Below, one piece after another: positions 63,612 through 64,000 of a stretch of DNA of 64,000 bases (the stretch's first letter is position 1; every line of letters begins with the position of its first letter). Source of the stretch: Podarcis muralis (lineage: Eukaryota); assembly GCF_964188315.1 (NCBI RefSeq), contig NC_135667.1, positions 13,454,001 to 13,518,000 of the forward strand, given 5' to 3'. The notes beneath the pieces are model-generated. The model saw nothing but the letters and a program-made list of their open reading frames with translations, was not told where the DNA came from and searched no databases. The translations under genes and the position numbers were made by a program.

Positions 63612-64000
63612 TCTTCAGACATGGATGACTGTTTTCAATGCGCAGAAGATCAGTACCCAAACATTGGCCAGGATATATGTCTTCCAAAAGATATAAGCTT
63701 CCTGTCTTACGATGAACCTCTGGGGATCAGTTTGGTCACGTTAGCTCTTTTATTGACTTTCATTACAGCTTTGGTGCTTAGGATCTTCATCAAGCACAAA
63801 GAGACTCCCATAGTCAAAGCCAACAATCAGACCCTCACCTATGTTCTCCTCCTAGCCCTCCTTCTCTCCTTCCTCTGTCCTTTGCTATTCATTGGCCAGC
63901 CCACAAAAATAACCTGTCTCCTTCAACAAACTGCTTTTGGAGTCATCTTCTCAGTAGCAGTGTCTTGCATATTAGCAAAAACAACTATCGTGGTTCTAGC
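58367..64000 (+). pseudogene. V2R pseudogene H (type-1): no exon 1; exon 2 58367-58658, exon 3 59515-60375, exon 4 60895-61122, exon 5 61979-62105, exon 6 from 63619 past the window end
   Basis: Near-copy of F at an offset of about 15868 bp. Shares the exon-1 loss and the CG acceptor (58365-58366). The visible exons are open. Confidence 0.85.
62585..63409 (+). mobile_element. Solo LTR, 825 bp, in intron 5 of H
   Basis: Appears identical to 46717-47541 at the same paralogous site. Confidence 0.8.

Larger units (their letters stand above)
35480..64000 (+). repeat. Recent tandem segmental duplication: about 35.5-48.1 kb is repeated at about 51.3-64.0 kb
   Basis: Exon and LTR offsets are 15837-15868 bp throughout. 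Much of the offset variation follows microsatellite length. Confidence 0.9.

Noticed and set aside
1-64000. CRISPR array, rRNA, or prokaryotic/viral defence system
   Set aside because: No regularly spaced repeat-spacer array or such genes were seen. The repeats are gene duplications, transposons and microsatellites.

Overview
Vertebrate genomic DNA from a squamate reptile (inferred from Sauria SINEs plus CR1, L2 and L1 LINEs). The window is a + strand tandem cluster of vomeronasal type-2 receptor (V2R, class C GPCR) genes with the usual 6-exon layout. It holds eight gene units. A (exons 4-6 only) is a divergent type. Four 'type-1' copies (B, D, F, H) alternate with three 'type-2' copies (C, E, G) in a two-gene cassette repeated about every 16 kb. 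C, E and G each splice through GT-AG sites into an uninterrupted 875-aa ORF. All four type-1 copies are disabled, by different lesions (frameshifts, nonsense codons, a CR1 insertion, exon-1 loss, a splice-acceptor mutation). Introns carry an L2 LINE with an intact 976-aa endonuclease/RT ORF, CR1/L1/Penelope-like fragments, Sauria SINEs, TA-flanked MITEs, LTRs and microsatellites. There are two assembly gaps (106-296, 31969-32117). I found no evidence of a wholly new biological system. The best leads are the intact/pseudogene cassette, mosaic paralogues and orphan in-frame exon sets. All comparisons were made by eye.
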